From: Phaeosaccion multiseriatum
Taxonomy: Eukaryota > Protista > Ochrophyta, other classes
Reading direction: 5' to 3'
Length of the DNA: 64,000 bases
NCBI GenBank assembly: GCA_965112735.1
Contig: OZ218957.1
Coordinates: 868,001-932,000 of the forward strand
The stretch's first letter is position 1. Each line of letters opens with the position of its first letter. Positions 50,660 through 62,183 of the stretch are shown here, one piece after another. Both the position numbers and the translations under genes were made by a program. The notes below the pieces were generated by a model. It worked only from the letters and a program-made list of their open reading frames with translations. It ran no database searches and was not told where the DNA came from.

Positions 50660-53600
50660 ATGCTCTCCCCCGTGAAGCAGAGCGGCGGCTTCGGGAGGTG
50701 GGCCCTCAGTCTGGTGCTGTGGCTCCTCGCAGCAACACCATCCGCAGCTATCACGTGTTCACCGGGCCAGGAACCAGAAATCCAACTATTTTCCAGCAGT
50801 AAGTTCCAAAGAGGATTGCTGCTGGCTGCGTGGGGCGAGGTGTAGCCGTGATTCGCCGCGCGCCGTCCAACCAGTAGCGTGACTGCAGCCCACGGCCAGA
50901 GGGAGGCTATAGCAACTAGGGTGGTGTAGCGAAGCTCTGAATAGTTGGCTGGAGCTGCATGTGGAGCGAGCTAAGGTGCATGCTGATGTGGGGCATGTGG
51001 GGGCCGTGCTTTGTTGTCCGCGGCCCATTTGCGATAGGGTGCCACCGCCAGGAGAGAGGGAGACTGACGGGGTGTAGCAAAGTTCTGAATGACGGGAGCT
51101 GCATGTGGAAGGCGAGGATGAGGGTGTCAATACAACCCGCTTGCTCGCCTCGCTCATGTATTTTCTTCCCGCCCTTCCTCCCGCTCGTCACGCGCTCTTC
51201 AGCTTGCAGAGAGTGCCCACCGGGTACATTCAAACGCTTATCTGGTAGCTCAGGTGAGTCCCAAGGGGTGATATGGGGCATGGTGGTGTCGTATTTTGCT
51301 ACCCGCCACCCATTTGCGATGGGTGTCGATGCAACCTGCTTGTTTGTCTCATCTGCTTTCTTCCCACCCTTCCTCCCGCTCGTCACGTGCATTGCAGCTT
51401 GCATTGACTGCCCTCCGGGCACCGTACCCTTCCTTGGTGGAACAGGTGAGTCCCAAGGGGTGTGTGTGTGTGTGTGCTGGCTGATGTGGGGCATGGTGGC
51501 TGGTGCCGTATTTTGCTACGCGCCACCCATTTGCGATGGGTTGCCACGGGCAGGAGGGAGACTTACGGGGCGGGTGCAGCAAAGCTCGGGTGTCTATGCA
51601 ACCTGCTTGTTTGTCTCATCTGCTTTCTTCCCACCCTTCCTCCCGCTCGTCACGTGCACTTTAGAGTGCATTGGCTGCTATTCGGGCACCATACCCTCCG
51701 CTAGTAGATCATGTGAGTCCCAGCCAAGGGGTCTGGCTGATGTGGGGCATGGCATGGTGCCGTATTTTGCTACCCGCCACCCATTTGCGATGGGTTGCCA
51801 CGCGCAGGAGGGAGACTTACGGGGTGCAGCAAAGCTCTAACTGACGGGAGCTGCATGTGGAAGGCAAGGGTGAGAGTGTCAATAGCTACAACCCGCTTGA
51901 TTGCCTCATGTATTTTCTTCCCACCCTTCCTCCCGCTCGTCACGTGCACTTCAGCTTGCACTGCCTGCCCAGCGGGTACATACAGCGAGTTCGGTGCATC
52001 ATGTGAGTCCCAAGGGGTGCTTGGCTGGCTGATGTGGGGTATGGTGGTGCCGTGTGGTGTTGTCCGCCGGCCATTTGCGATGGGGTTGCCACGGGTAGGA
52101 GGGAGACTGACGGGGTGTAGGAAAGCTCTGAATGACGGGAGCTGCACGTGGAAGGCGAGGATGAGGGTGTCTATGCAACCTGCTTGTTTGTCTCATCTTC
52201 TCTCTTCCACCCTTCCTCCCGCTCGTCACGTGCATTGCAGCTTGCATTGACTGCCCTCCGGGCACCGTATCCTTCCTTAGTGGGCCTGGATCATGTGAGT
52301 CCCAAGGGGTGTGTGTGTGTGTGTGCTGGCTGATGTGGGGCATGGTGGCTGGTGCCGTATTTTGCTACGCGCCACCCATTTGCGATGGGTTGCCACGGGC
52401 AGGAGGGAGACTTACGGGGCGGGTGCAGCAAAGCTCGGGTGTCTATGCAACCTGCTTGTTTGTCTCATCTGCTTTCTTCCCACCCTTCCTCCCGCTCGTC
52501 ACGTGCACTTTAGATTGCATTGGCTGCTTTCCGGGCACCATACCCTCCGCTAGTAGATCATGTGAGTCCCAGCCAAGGGGTCTGGCTGATGTGGGGCATG
52601 GCATGGTGCCGTATTTTGCTACCCGCCACCCATTTGCGATGGGTTGCCACGGGCAGGAGGGAGACTTACGGGGTGCAGCAAAGCTCTAACTGACGGGAGC
52701 TGCAGCCATGTGGAAGGCAAGGGTGAGAGTGTCAATAGCTACAACCCGCTTGATTGCCTCATGTACTTTCTTCCCACCCTTCCTCCCGCTCGTCACGTGC
52801 ACTTCAGCTTGCACTGCCTGCCCAGCGGGTACATACAGCGAGTTCGGTGCATCATGTGAGTCCCAAGGGGTGCTTGGCTGGCTGATGTGGGGTATGGTGG
52901 TGCCGTGTGGTGTTGTCCGCCGGCCATTTGCGATGGGGTTGCCACGGGTAGGAGGGAGACTTACGGGGTGCAGGAAAGCTCTGAATGACGGCAGCTGCAT
53001 GTGGAAGGCGAGGGAGAGAGTGTCAATACAACCCGCTTGCTTGCCTCACTTATTTTCTTCCCGCCCTTCCTCCCGCTCGTCACGTGCACTTTAGCTTGCA
53101 CTGCCTGCTCTGCGGGCACATACAACGACAAAGAAGGTGCATCTGGATCAGGTGAGTCCCAAAGATACTGGCTGATGTGGGGCATGGCTGGTGGTGGCTG
53201 CGTGTGTTTTGCTATCCGCCGCCCATTTGCGATGGGTCGTCACGGCCAAGAGGGGTGGCTGCTCACGATATGTACAAATGTAGCGAAGCTCTAACTGACG
53301 GGAGCTGCATGTGGAAGGCAAGGGTGAGAGTGTCTGTAAGAAATTTCACGGGGGTAGCTGTCAGCCTAGCAAAAGGATGCCTTCTTACATGTCAATACAA
53401 CCCGCTTGCTTGCCTCATGTGTTTTCTTCCCACCCTTCCTCCCGCTCGTCACGTGCACTTCAGCTTGCACTGCCTGCCCAGCGGGTACATACAGCGAGTC
53501 CGGTGCATCATGTGAGTCCCCAGCCAGGGTGCTGGCTGATGTGGGGCATGGTGCCGTGCTTTGTTGTCCAGCCACGGCTCATTTGGCTGCATGGGATGCC

Positions 53601-56107
53601 ACGACCAGCCAGGAGGGATACTTACGGGGTGCAGCAAAGCTCTGAATGACGGCAGCTGCATGTGGAAGGCGAGGGAGAGAGTGTCAATACAACCCGCTTG
53701 CTTGCCTCACTTATTTTCTTCCCGCCCTTCCTCCCGCTCGTCACGTGCACTTTAGCTTGCACTGCCTGCTCTGCGGGCACATACAACGACGAAGAAGGTG
53801 CATCTGATGTATCAGGTGAGTCCCAGCCAGCTGGGGCATGGCTGCGTGTGTTTTGCTATCCGCCGCCCATTTGCGATGGGTCGTCACGGCCAAGAGGGGT
53901 GCTCACGATATGTACAAATGTAGCGAAGCTCTAACTGACGGGAGCTGCATGTGGAAGGCAAGGGTGAGAGTGTCTGTAAGAAATTTCACGGGGGTAGCTG
54001 TCAGCCTAGCAAAAGGATGCCTTCTTACATGTCAATACAACCCGCTTGCTTGCCTCATGTGTTTTCTTCCCACCCTTCCTCCCGCTCGTCACGTGCACTT
54101 CAGCTTGCACTGCCTGCCCAGCGGGTACATACAGCGAGTCCGGTGCATCATGTGAGTCCCCAGCCAGGGTGCTGGCTGATGTGGGGCATGGTGCCGTGCT
54201 TTGTTGTCCAGCCACGGCTCATTTGGCTGCATGGGATGCCACGACCAGCCAGGAGGGAGACTGACGGGGTGTAGGAAAGCTCTGAATGACGGGAGCTGCA
54301 CGTGGAAGGCGAGGATGAGGGTGTCTATGCAACCTGCTTGTTTGTCTCATCTTCTCTCTTCGTCCCACTTTCTCTTCCGCTCGTCACGCGCTCTTCAGCT
54401 TGCACAGACTGCCCACCGGGTACATATAATGACAAAGAAGGTGCATCTGATGAGTCAGGTGAGTCCTAAAGGTGCTTGGCTGATGTGGGGCATGGTGGTG
54501 CCGCGTGTTGTTACCCGCCGCCCACTCTCACTCTCGGACATCGATGCGCTTAATCGCTCAAGTTGTTTTGCCCACAGCCAACCTTCTTGCCTCCCCCTTC
54601 CTCCCCATCCTCCCTCTCACTCGCTTCGTCTGCTCCAGCCTGCACGGAGTGCGTGTGTCCAGGGACGGTGGGGATACCTTGCAACACTTCGACGGGTGAA
54701 TGTGGTGAGTGAGTGATGGCGCCCGAATTCTGGAAGCTGTGTTCATTGTCTCGCATCTTGCTTCCTCCATGTGCGGGGAAGACACCCCACCCAGGCGGTT
54801 GATCTGTCCGTCGTTTTCGTTGTGCTTCACGTGCCTGAGCTTGCTCAAGAGCCGTGCATCCTTAGCCCTGAAGCCCCCCCCCCCCCTGCCGCCCTGGCTG
54901 GCCGCCCTTTTCCCTGGGCTGCTGGACTCTGTCTCCGTACCTGATTTTCCGTCTGACTCTCCCTCGCCTCCCCCTTCTCTGACATCTCCTATCGCCCTGT
55001 TCTTCCTGAGTTCCGCCACCCTCTCGTTCTCCTCATCCTTCTCTCCATCATCGACTCTTCCTGCCTCTCGCCCTGCCTCGATTAGCAACCCCCATCCCGT
55101 GCTTTTCCTCCTCGGGCAGGAGCCTCATCTCATCTCACCTGACTGCCAGCTAATCAGCACCCCTTCTTCCTTGCCTGACCTGGCCTGGCCTGGCCTGCTG
55201 TTGTTCCGTGTGGCGAGTCCGACTTTCACGGAATAGCCCTTAGCCAGGCCAGCTCTACTGAAGTTGTATCCACCCGCCCACTAACGAGCCCTCGCACGGC
55301 TGCTCACCGCCCTCCTTTCCCTGTGCGGCCTCCTCACTGCCCCTACTTCTCCGTGGTTGTGCCCCATCTTTCCTTGCTTGACCACACTCTCCCTCCTGTT
55401 GCCTGCTGCATAGCCTTCGCATCCGGCACTGGCATTTCAGAGCACATTTTCATCCCTCAGCCGGGCGTCACTCGCGACGAAGCGATGGATATATGTGCGG
55501 CCAATGGGGCCGCCCTCGTGTCCGTCAACGACCAGGCCGAAGACGAACACGTCAAGGGTCTCATCCCAGATATCAACAACGCCCATGTCTGGGTTAGCTT
55601 CGAGCGGGAAGCAGGCACCACCCGCAGCACAACAGCGTTCAAGTGGGCAGACGGCACGGCGACGGCGGAGAACACGATGGCGGACGATGGATGGGGCTGG
55701 AAGGACCGCCAGCCGAACAGTAGCGGCGACAGGCAGCTCTGCGGCTCGTATTACTTCGGAGGCGGCCTGGAGCCCGGCTGGAGCGATATTCCCTGCAGCG
55801 ACCCTGCGGTTGGCTTCGTCTGCGAGCGAGGCATAGGTGCGTAAGGTAGTGGCCTGAAGAGGGCTTGGTTGGAAGTGGCGGTACCACACTATTGCGCGCG
55901 CGTTGCTTAAGGGGGAAACGCCCTCTTCATCCTCTTCCACCTCGCTCCTCCTTCTTCATGTTGTAGGTTGTTCACGATCATCACCACCTCCTCCTAGTCC
56001 ACCATCTCTTGCTCTACAGCCCCCCCCCCCCCCTCTTCCCCGCTTGAAGGGAAAGCGCCTTTTCCTCCTCATCCCCGCTCCTGCTCTTCCTCCACCTCCT
56101 CCTCCTC

Positions 56108-56143
<36 letters not shown>

Positions 56144-59100
56144 CACCAAACTCTTCCACCACCACATCCTCCTCCCCCGCCTCCTCCTCCAACAAGTATT
56201 CCACCCCCCTCTCTTCCCCTTCTGGTCTAACCTCTTAGTCTGCATCGTATTGCGGGCCCTTAGGCACTGATTTGAATTCACCCGCCCCCCAACACACCCT
56301 TCCGCTGCTACTCGTGTCTTCCTCCTTTTGCTCGCGTCTTCCTCCTGCTGCCGTGCGGCCTGCTTCACTTGCGGCCCCTACTCCTCGAATGGTTGTGACA
56401 CACCATGGGTGGCTGTCACTGAGCAGTGGACTTCACCCAGAGCAATACCTACACCTCTTCGGCCTCGGAGTACTTCTACGTCCCTCAGCCGGGCGTCACT
56501 CGCGACCAAGCGACTGCCCGGTGTGAGCTGAATGGGGCCGCCCTCGTGTCCGTCAACGACCAGACCGAAGACGACTACGTCAAGGGACTCATCCCAGATA
56601 TCAACAACGCCCATGTCTGGGTTAGCTTCGAGCGGGAACCAGGCACTGCCAATGGCAAAACAGCATTCACGTGGGCAGAGGGCACGGCGACGGCGGACAA
56701 AACGGTGACAGACGATGAATGGGGCTGGAAGGAAGACCAGCCGAACAATTGGCGCGGCAAGCAGCTCTGCGGCTCGTATTACTTCGGAGGCAGCCTTCTG
56801 CCCGGCTGGAGCGATATTCCCTGCAGCGACCCTGGCCCTGTGGCTGGCTTCATCTGCGAGCGAAGCAAAGGTGCGTGAGGAGATCTCAGTGTTCTGAAGA
56901 GGACTTGGTTGGACGTGGTGGTAACACACAAAGGCCGCGTGCGGCTTCAGGGGGAGACGCTTTCTTCATCCCCGCTCCTCCTCCTCCTCCCCCTGGTCCT
57001 CCTCCTCCTCCTCCTCCTCCTCCTCCTCCTCCTCCTCCTCCTCCTCCTCACTTGCGGGCTGTCTGTAGTCGCGGAACATATGTGCTGGCCTTGTCGAGTA
57101 GCCTATGCCATGCCCTCCTCCTCCTTTGCCCTCTTTCCTGCCTCTCCCTTCGTATGCTGGTACCACCCCCCTTATCCTCCTCCTCCGGCTTCGACAGGGC
57201 TGTGTGCTTTGATCTATCGCGGGCACCGCCTGACACTGACGCCTTGTTTCACTCCCACCTGCTCTTTGCCTGTTCTCATGTCTGGACCTCTGTGATGGTG
57301 TTGATTCTCTCCTCCCACGGGCTGTTCACACTGCCTTCCCTCTTCGAACGCATGTGCGTTCGCTCGGACGGCTCCGTGGATGGCTGCCCTTGGGACCATT
57401 GTGCACTCTTCTTCTGCTTGCTCGCCTGTGCCAAGATCCCGGCAAGTAAGTGCCCCTCTGAGAAGGAGAGCTCCCCATGGACCCTTCCTTTTCTCCTCAC
57501 CTTACTGAGCCACCCCTCCTGCTGCCTAAATGTCGAAGTGCAGACAGCCCATCAACTCCAGCGCATGCGAGGTCTCCGTCTTACATGTCGGCGCCCTCCC
57601 TCCCCCCGCCCTGCCCTCGCTACTCATGTGCCCTAACTCTGACAGGCAGGTCGTGATTGAAGTGCTCCAGGCGGACACTAACCCTGGGCCTGATGGTATC
57701 CTCAATCTGGCTGAAGTTGCATGTTATGATGGCGGCAGCAGCACGAAGATTCCGCTAGACGGCATCACCTTGAGCTCCCTCTTCAGACCCTCCACGTTTC
57801 TTGCCACTCGATGCACCGACGACGACGGCACAACCTTCTGTCACTCCGACGGGCACGCAGGAGAACCCGGCCGCCTCACTCTGAGCCTTTCCGGCGGAGC
57901 TGACCAACCCATCGCGTACTGCGAGGTCACAAACCGTCTCGATTGCCAGACATGCAAGGACCGCATCAACGGCGCGAGCTTCAAGATCCTCGACGCGGAC
58001 GGCACTACTGAGCTCTACGCCAGCACTTTCCCCTTATCCGCACAAGACTCATACACTTTCGGTAAGTACACGTGGCTGCGTCATGCTCCCGCGGGGTGGG
58101 GGGGGGAGTAGAGGGCGATCAACACTTGACAGCTGCCATGGTTGAGCTGTTCTTCGATCATTTCCCCGCCGTAAATGTCGAAGCCATACAAGCTAACTTA
58201 CTTTGGCGTGCTGCTCACGCCCTCCCCCCCCCGTTGGGCTGCTCACTGCTGCCTGCCCTGTTCGCCCGCATGTGTGCTTCACGGCTCGGCGCATGGGCGC
58301 TGACGGCCCTTTGGACTACTGTGCACCCTCCTGGCTGCTCTCCTGTGCCTATCGTAGAGGTTGGCAAGTAAGTACCTTCTGCGAAACGGAGTGAACAGCC
58401 AGAGCTCGCTATGGACCTTCCCTTTCTCGTCATTTCATTGAGCCACTCCCGCTACTGCCTACTCGAAGCGCAGATGAAGTCACCACTAAATGCACGTTGC
58501 GAAACACCCGTTTTGCCTGTCGATGCCCTCCCCCCCCCCCCGCTCTGACAGGCAAGTCATCATTGAAGTGCCTCCGGCGGACGCTAGCACTGGGGATGTG
58601 CCTGTCCTTAATCTGGCAGAAGTCGAATGTTACGATGGCAGCAATGACAAGATTCCGCTGGAGGGTATCACCTTGAGCTCTACCAACCAAGTCAAGTTTT
58701 CAGCTCAAAACTGCAACAACGGCACCAAGGACGACAAGGACAACTTCTGTCACTCCGCCGCAGGGGATACCGCTCCCCGCCTCACTCTCTACCTTTCTGG
58801 CGGACGTGACCAAGTCGTCACGTACTGCCAGGTCACCAACCGTCTCAGTACTTGCTGCAAGGACCGCATCAACGGCGCGAGCTTCAAGATCCTCGACGCG
58901 GACGGCACTACTGAGCTCTACGCCAGCACTTTCCCCTCACCCGCACAAGACTTGTACACTTTCGGTACGTTTGGGAGGGAAGAGGGAGATTGGTGTTTCA
59001 TGTTTGCTTTTGAGTGCCACCCTCCCTCTTCTCCTTTACTCTATTCAGCCGTCAGTCCTGTTGTCGACGTTGAGCAATGCTTCCCCCCTCCCTGCGCCTT

Positions 59101-60636
59101 CCTCCTCTCTTCTTGACTCGCTCTCTGTGCCTCAGACCTCAGCAGCCCCCCTTCCGAACCGAACACGCCTGAACTTGAAGAAACAGCCGGCGACACCTTC
59201 GGTACGTTACCCGAGGGTAGCTATGGTAGAATCCCTTCCTCTCTCTCTCTGGGCAGCCCTGTAGCCTAGTCGGAAGTTGAGCAATGCCACCCCCCTCCGC
59301 CCCGCCCTCTCTGTCTGGACGACGTTTGCCCCAGGCTCAGACGTGTACAGCTACACCTTCTCCGAGCCGAACACGCCTGCACCTTTGGTACGTTCCCTAG
59401 GATGCTTTTCAGCGCCGCCCTTTGTCATCCTGTCCAGCTCTCAGTCTGTTGTCGGACGTTGAGCAATGCAACCCCTTCCCCCGCCTCACGCTCGTCCGGA
59501 CTCGCTCTGGCTGTGTGCCTGACCTCAGATGACGGCAGCACCTTTCCCTGAGGAAGCCTTCACCTTGGGTACGTTCCCCGAGGGGAGAGGGCGAGTGATG
59601 TCACTTCCCCCTCCTCTCCTTTACTTTGAGTCCCGCAGACACAATTTGCCATCCATTCTCGGCTCTGCTGCGCAGTCAACCAGCCATGCCCGCGAATCTG
59701 ACCAGCAACCCTCCCCTTCGCTCCTCTCGTGGCCTACCTCCTCCTCCCCCCCCTCCTCCTTCTCAGATGACTCCGAAGAAGACGATCACGACGGATCGCC
59801 TCCAATCGATGAATGGAGCTGCCTCATCCCCGCGGCCTGCCCGGTTTCCGCTGAGGAGGCCTTGTCCCTGGTGAGAAGCAGCAGCCAAGGGAAACGCAGA
59901 GTACGCTTGACTGATGGAGGGACTATATCATTGACTTAATAGGAATCGCCTAACTGAGCATGTGTGTGTGTGGAGGGACTGGCTGTCAGTGACTGTCTGG
60001 GGTGGTGCATGCGGCGCCGAAACAAGGAAATGGATGTCACATCACATCACAAGACGTCGACTCACTTGGCCGTTGTCATTTCTTTCCCCCCCCTCCCTTG
60101 CAGAAAGCGACCCACAAGTGCATCACGGAGGACGCCCGTTGTAGCCCCGAGGAGGGACAGGAGGGCGCTCCAGCGCTCTGCAACATGTTTGGAGCCGGGC
60201 AAAATTGCCGCGGGTGTTTCGAGGGCTGCAAAGTGAGTCATGGAGACTGTGGTGGAGAAGAACGGATGGCACACAGTGTTGACACCGTGCTGCTTTTGCT
60301 TGTGTGTGGTGTATTCTGACACTGCACTCCATCTCGCTCCTCTCTCTCTCCTCTCAGGGAGCCGTGATGCATCAGGCCGCGCACCCCTCCACGCCGCCCT
60401 CGGACTTCTTCTTCTGCCCCAACAGCGAGGGCTCCTACGAGTCCTGTGGGTTGTCAATGGCCCCAGTCCCTCAACAGGACGGTCATTCCGACTCAGGCTG
60501 CGTGTGCGACGGCGCCGGAGAGAGCTGCTTCACGGACGACAGCTGCACCCTTGGCGACCTCGGCTGCAACGTCAACGACGTGCTCTCGTGCCGCTTCTGC
60601 GACTTCGGTGCGTACACAAGTATCGCATGTCCTTAG
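50660..60636 (+). CDS. Secreted modular lectin-like protein (~24 exons): signal peptide, 12 CxxCPxGT repeats, EGF-like exon, 2 C-type lectin, 2 F-type-lectin-like, Cys-rich C-terminus
   Basis: All exons bounded by AG/GT and join in frame. CTL exons 55414-55836 and 56427-56870 (C..GAALVSV, VWV, QPN, WSDIPC, FVCE). FTP-like exons 57646-58061 and 58552-58964 (LNLAEV, FCHS, TNR..C..RI). Terminal GDLGC...CRFCDFG..CP*. Confidence 0.85.
50920..54520 (+). repeat. Tandem intron-exon array, 12 units of ~200-370 bp, with higher-order duplications
   Basis: Each unit is CCCTTCCTCCCGCTCGTCACGTGCACTT(C/T)AG | 48-60-bp exon | GTGAGTCCC..GCTGATGTGGGGCATGG. Confidence 0.92.
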
Positions 60637-60976
60637 CGGAGTCCGCATGGGAGCCGAGACGCGGAGAGCGGTCTGTCTGTCCCATGTCTTCGTTGCGGCG
60701 GTGATTGAGGTACTGAGTTACTGAGGTACTGAGCTACTTACCGAGGATGCGGAATTGATGGAGCTGTCAAACAGCGTTCCAAGGGGAGGGCTTCGCACCG
60801 GATACAGCAAGGGACCGAAACCAATCGTAACACATGAGCATAGGATTAGCACAGACCATTGATTGTACTCAAATAGGGCAAGGGAAGGGACCGAAAACAA
60901 TCGTCTTATTATTAGCATAGAATTAGCCTAGACAGGAGGCGGGAAGCAAGGGACCAAAATCAAGCGGATAGGGGGG

Positions 60977-60995
60977 GCGGATAGCGTGTCAGGGG
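60977..60995 (-). mobile_element. Inverted copy of the 49566 element's left end
   Basis: GCGGATAGCGTGTCAGGGG followed by TCGA is the reverse complement of 49562-49584. Confidence 0.7.
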
Positions 60996-61189
60996 TCGAT
61001 CTCGAACAAGTCAATAGTATATATAAAGAGACATTCGTTTTTCTCTAGCTACACCCTTTGAACTTGGCAGCTGTGTGGGGCGGGATGGCCGCCCGCTGAC
61101 TTTTCAAATGCGTAGTAGCCTCGGCCCCAGACTGGCCTAGAAGCCTATGCTCTAGGCCCTAGGCCGGCGGTTCTAGGCCTAGGCCTCGA

Positions 61190-61300
61190 CCTATCTGATT
61201 ACTGATTCCGGCCGGCGCATCCGGCCTGATTACTGATTATGGTGCCAGCCGGGGGCTGATTACTGATTACGGCCGGCGCACACCGTAACCTTGTCCAGGG
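61190..61300. mobile_element. 5'-deleted piggyBac-like MITE
   Basis: TCGA on both sides, ends TGTCCAGGG, CTGATTACTGATT repeats. Confidence 0.55.
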
Positions 61301-61304
61301 TCGA

Positions 61305-61753
61305 AGGGAGGGAGGGAGGGAGGGAGGGAGGGAGGGAGGGAGGGAGGGAGGGAGGGAGGGAGGGAGGGAGGGAGGGAGGGAGGGAGGGAGGGAGGGAGGG
61401 AGGGAGGGAGGGAGGGAGGGAGGGAGGGAGGGAGGGAGGGAGGGAGGGAGGGAGGGAGGGAGGGAGGGAGGGAGGGAGGGAGGGAGGGAGGGAGGGAGGG
61501 AGGGAGGGAGGGAGGGAGGGAGGGAGGGAGGGAGGGAGGGAGGGAGGGAGGGAGGGAGGGAGGGAGGGAGGGAGGGAGGGAGGGAGGGAGGGAGGGAGGG
61601 AGGGAGGGAGGGAGGGAGGGAGGGAGGGAGGGAGGGAGGGAGGGAGGGAGGGAGGGAGGGAGGGAGGGAGGGAGGGAGGGAGGGAGGGAGGGAGGGAGGG
61701 AGGGAGGGAGGGAGGGAGGGAGGGAGGCAGGGAGGGAGGGAGGGAGGGAGGGA
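61305..61753. repeat. (GGGA)n microsatellite
   Basis: Near-pure tetranucleotide run. Confidence 0.95.
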
Positions 61754-61762
61754 GTGAGTCGA

Positions 61763-61947
61763 CCCTGGACACGATTATCTGATTTCTGATTACGGCCGGC
61801 GCAGCTGGCCTGATTACTGATTATGACCGGCGCCAGCCGGCCTGGTTGCTTACAGCCGGTGACCAGCCGGCCTGAGTACTGATTATGCGCCAGCTGGGGG
61901 CTGATTACTGATTGCGGTCCCGGCGCACACCGTAATCTTGTCGAGGG
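61763..61947. mobile_element. piggyBac-like MITE
   Basis: TCGA|CCCTGGACA ... TGTCGAGGG|TTAA, CTGATTACTGATT repeats. Confidence 0.6.
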
Positions 61948-62183
61948 TTAATAGGCCTAGGCCGGGGGGGCTGCGCCAAAAATAGGCCTAGGCCGGGGGC
62001 CTGCGGCCCCCCTAGGCCGGCCAAATTTCGACTCTAGGCCTACTACTAGGCCTAGGCTTCTAGGCCAGTCTGGGGCCGAGAAGTTGAAGAATAAAATTGA
62101 AGAAGGGAAAAACACCCGAGGGGGCCAGAGAACACTTCCACATGAGCAACTTTGTCCTTTTATATCCAGAGAAAAAGTCAAGT

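Larger units (their letters stand above)
61120..62080. mobile_element. TIR element (28-bp perfect TIR) containing nested MITEs and a (GGGA)n run
   Basis: CTCGGCCCCAGACTGGCCTAGAAGCCTA at 61120-61147 and its reverse complement at 62053-62080, internal TAGGCC repeats. No TSD seen. Confidence 0.65.

Noticed and set aside
50920-54520. CRISPR-like repeat/spacer array
   Set aside because: The repeats are 150-300-bp spliceosomal introns (GT-AG) and the variable parts are related in-frame exons; there are no cas genes and the context is eukaryotic.
61260-61782. EGGR/PPSL repeat ORFs
   Set aside because: Translation of the (GGGA)n run.
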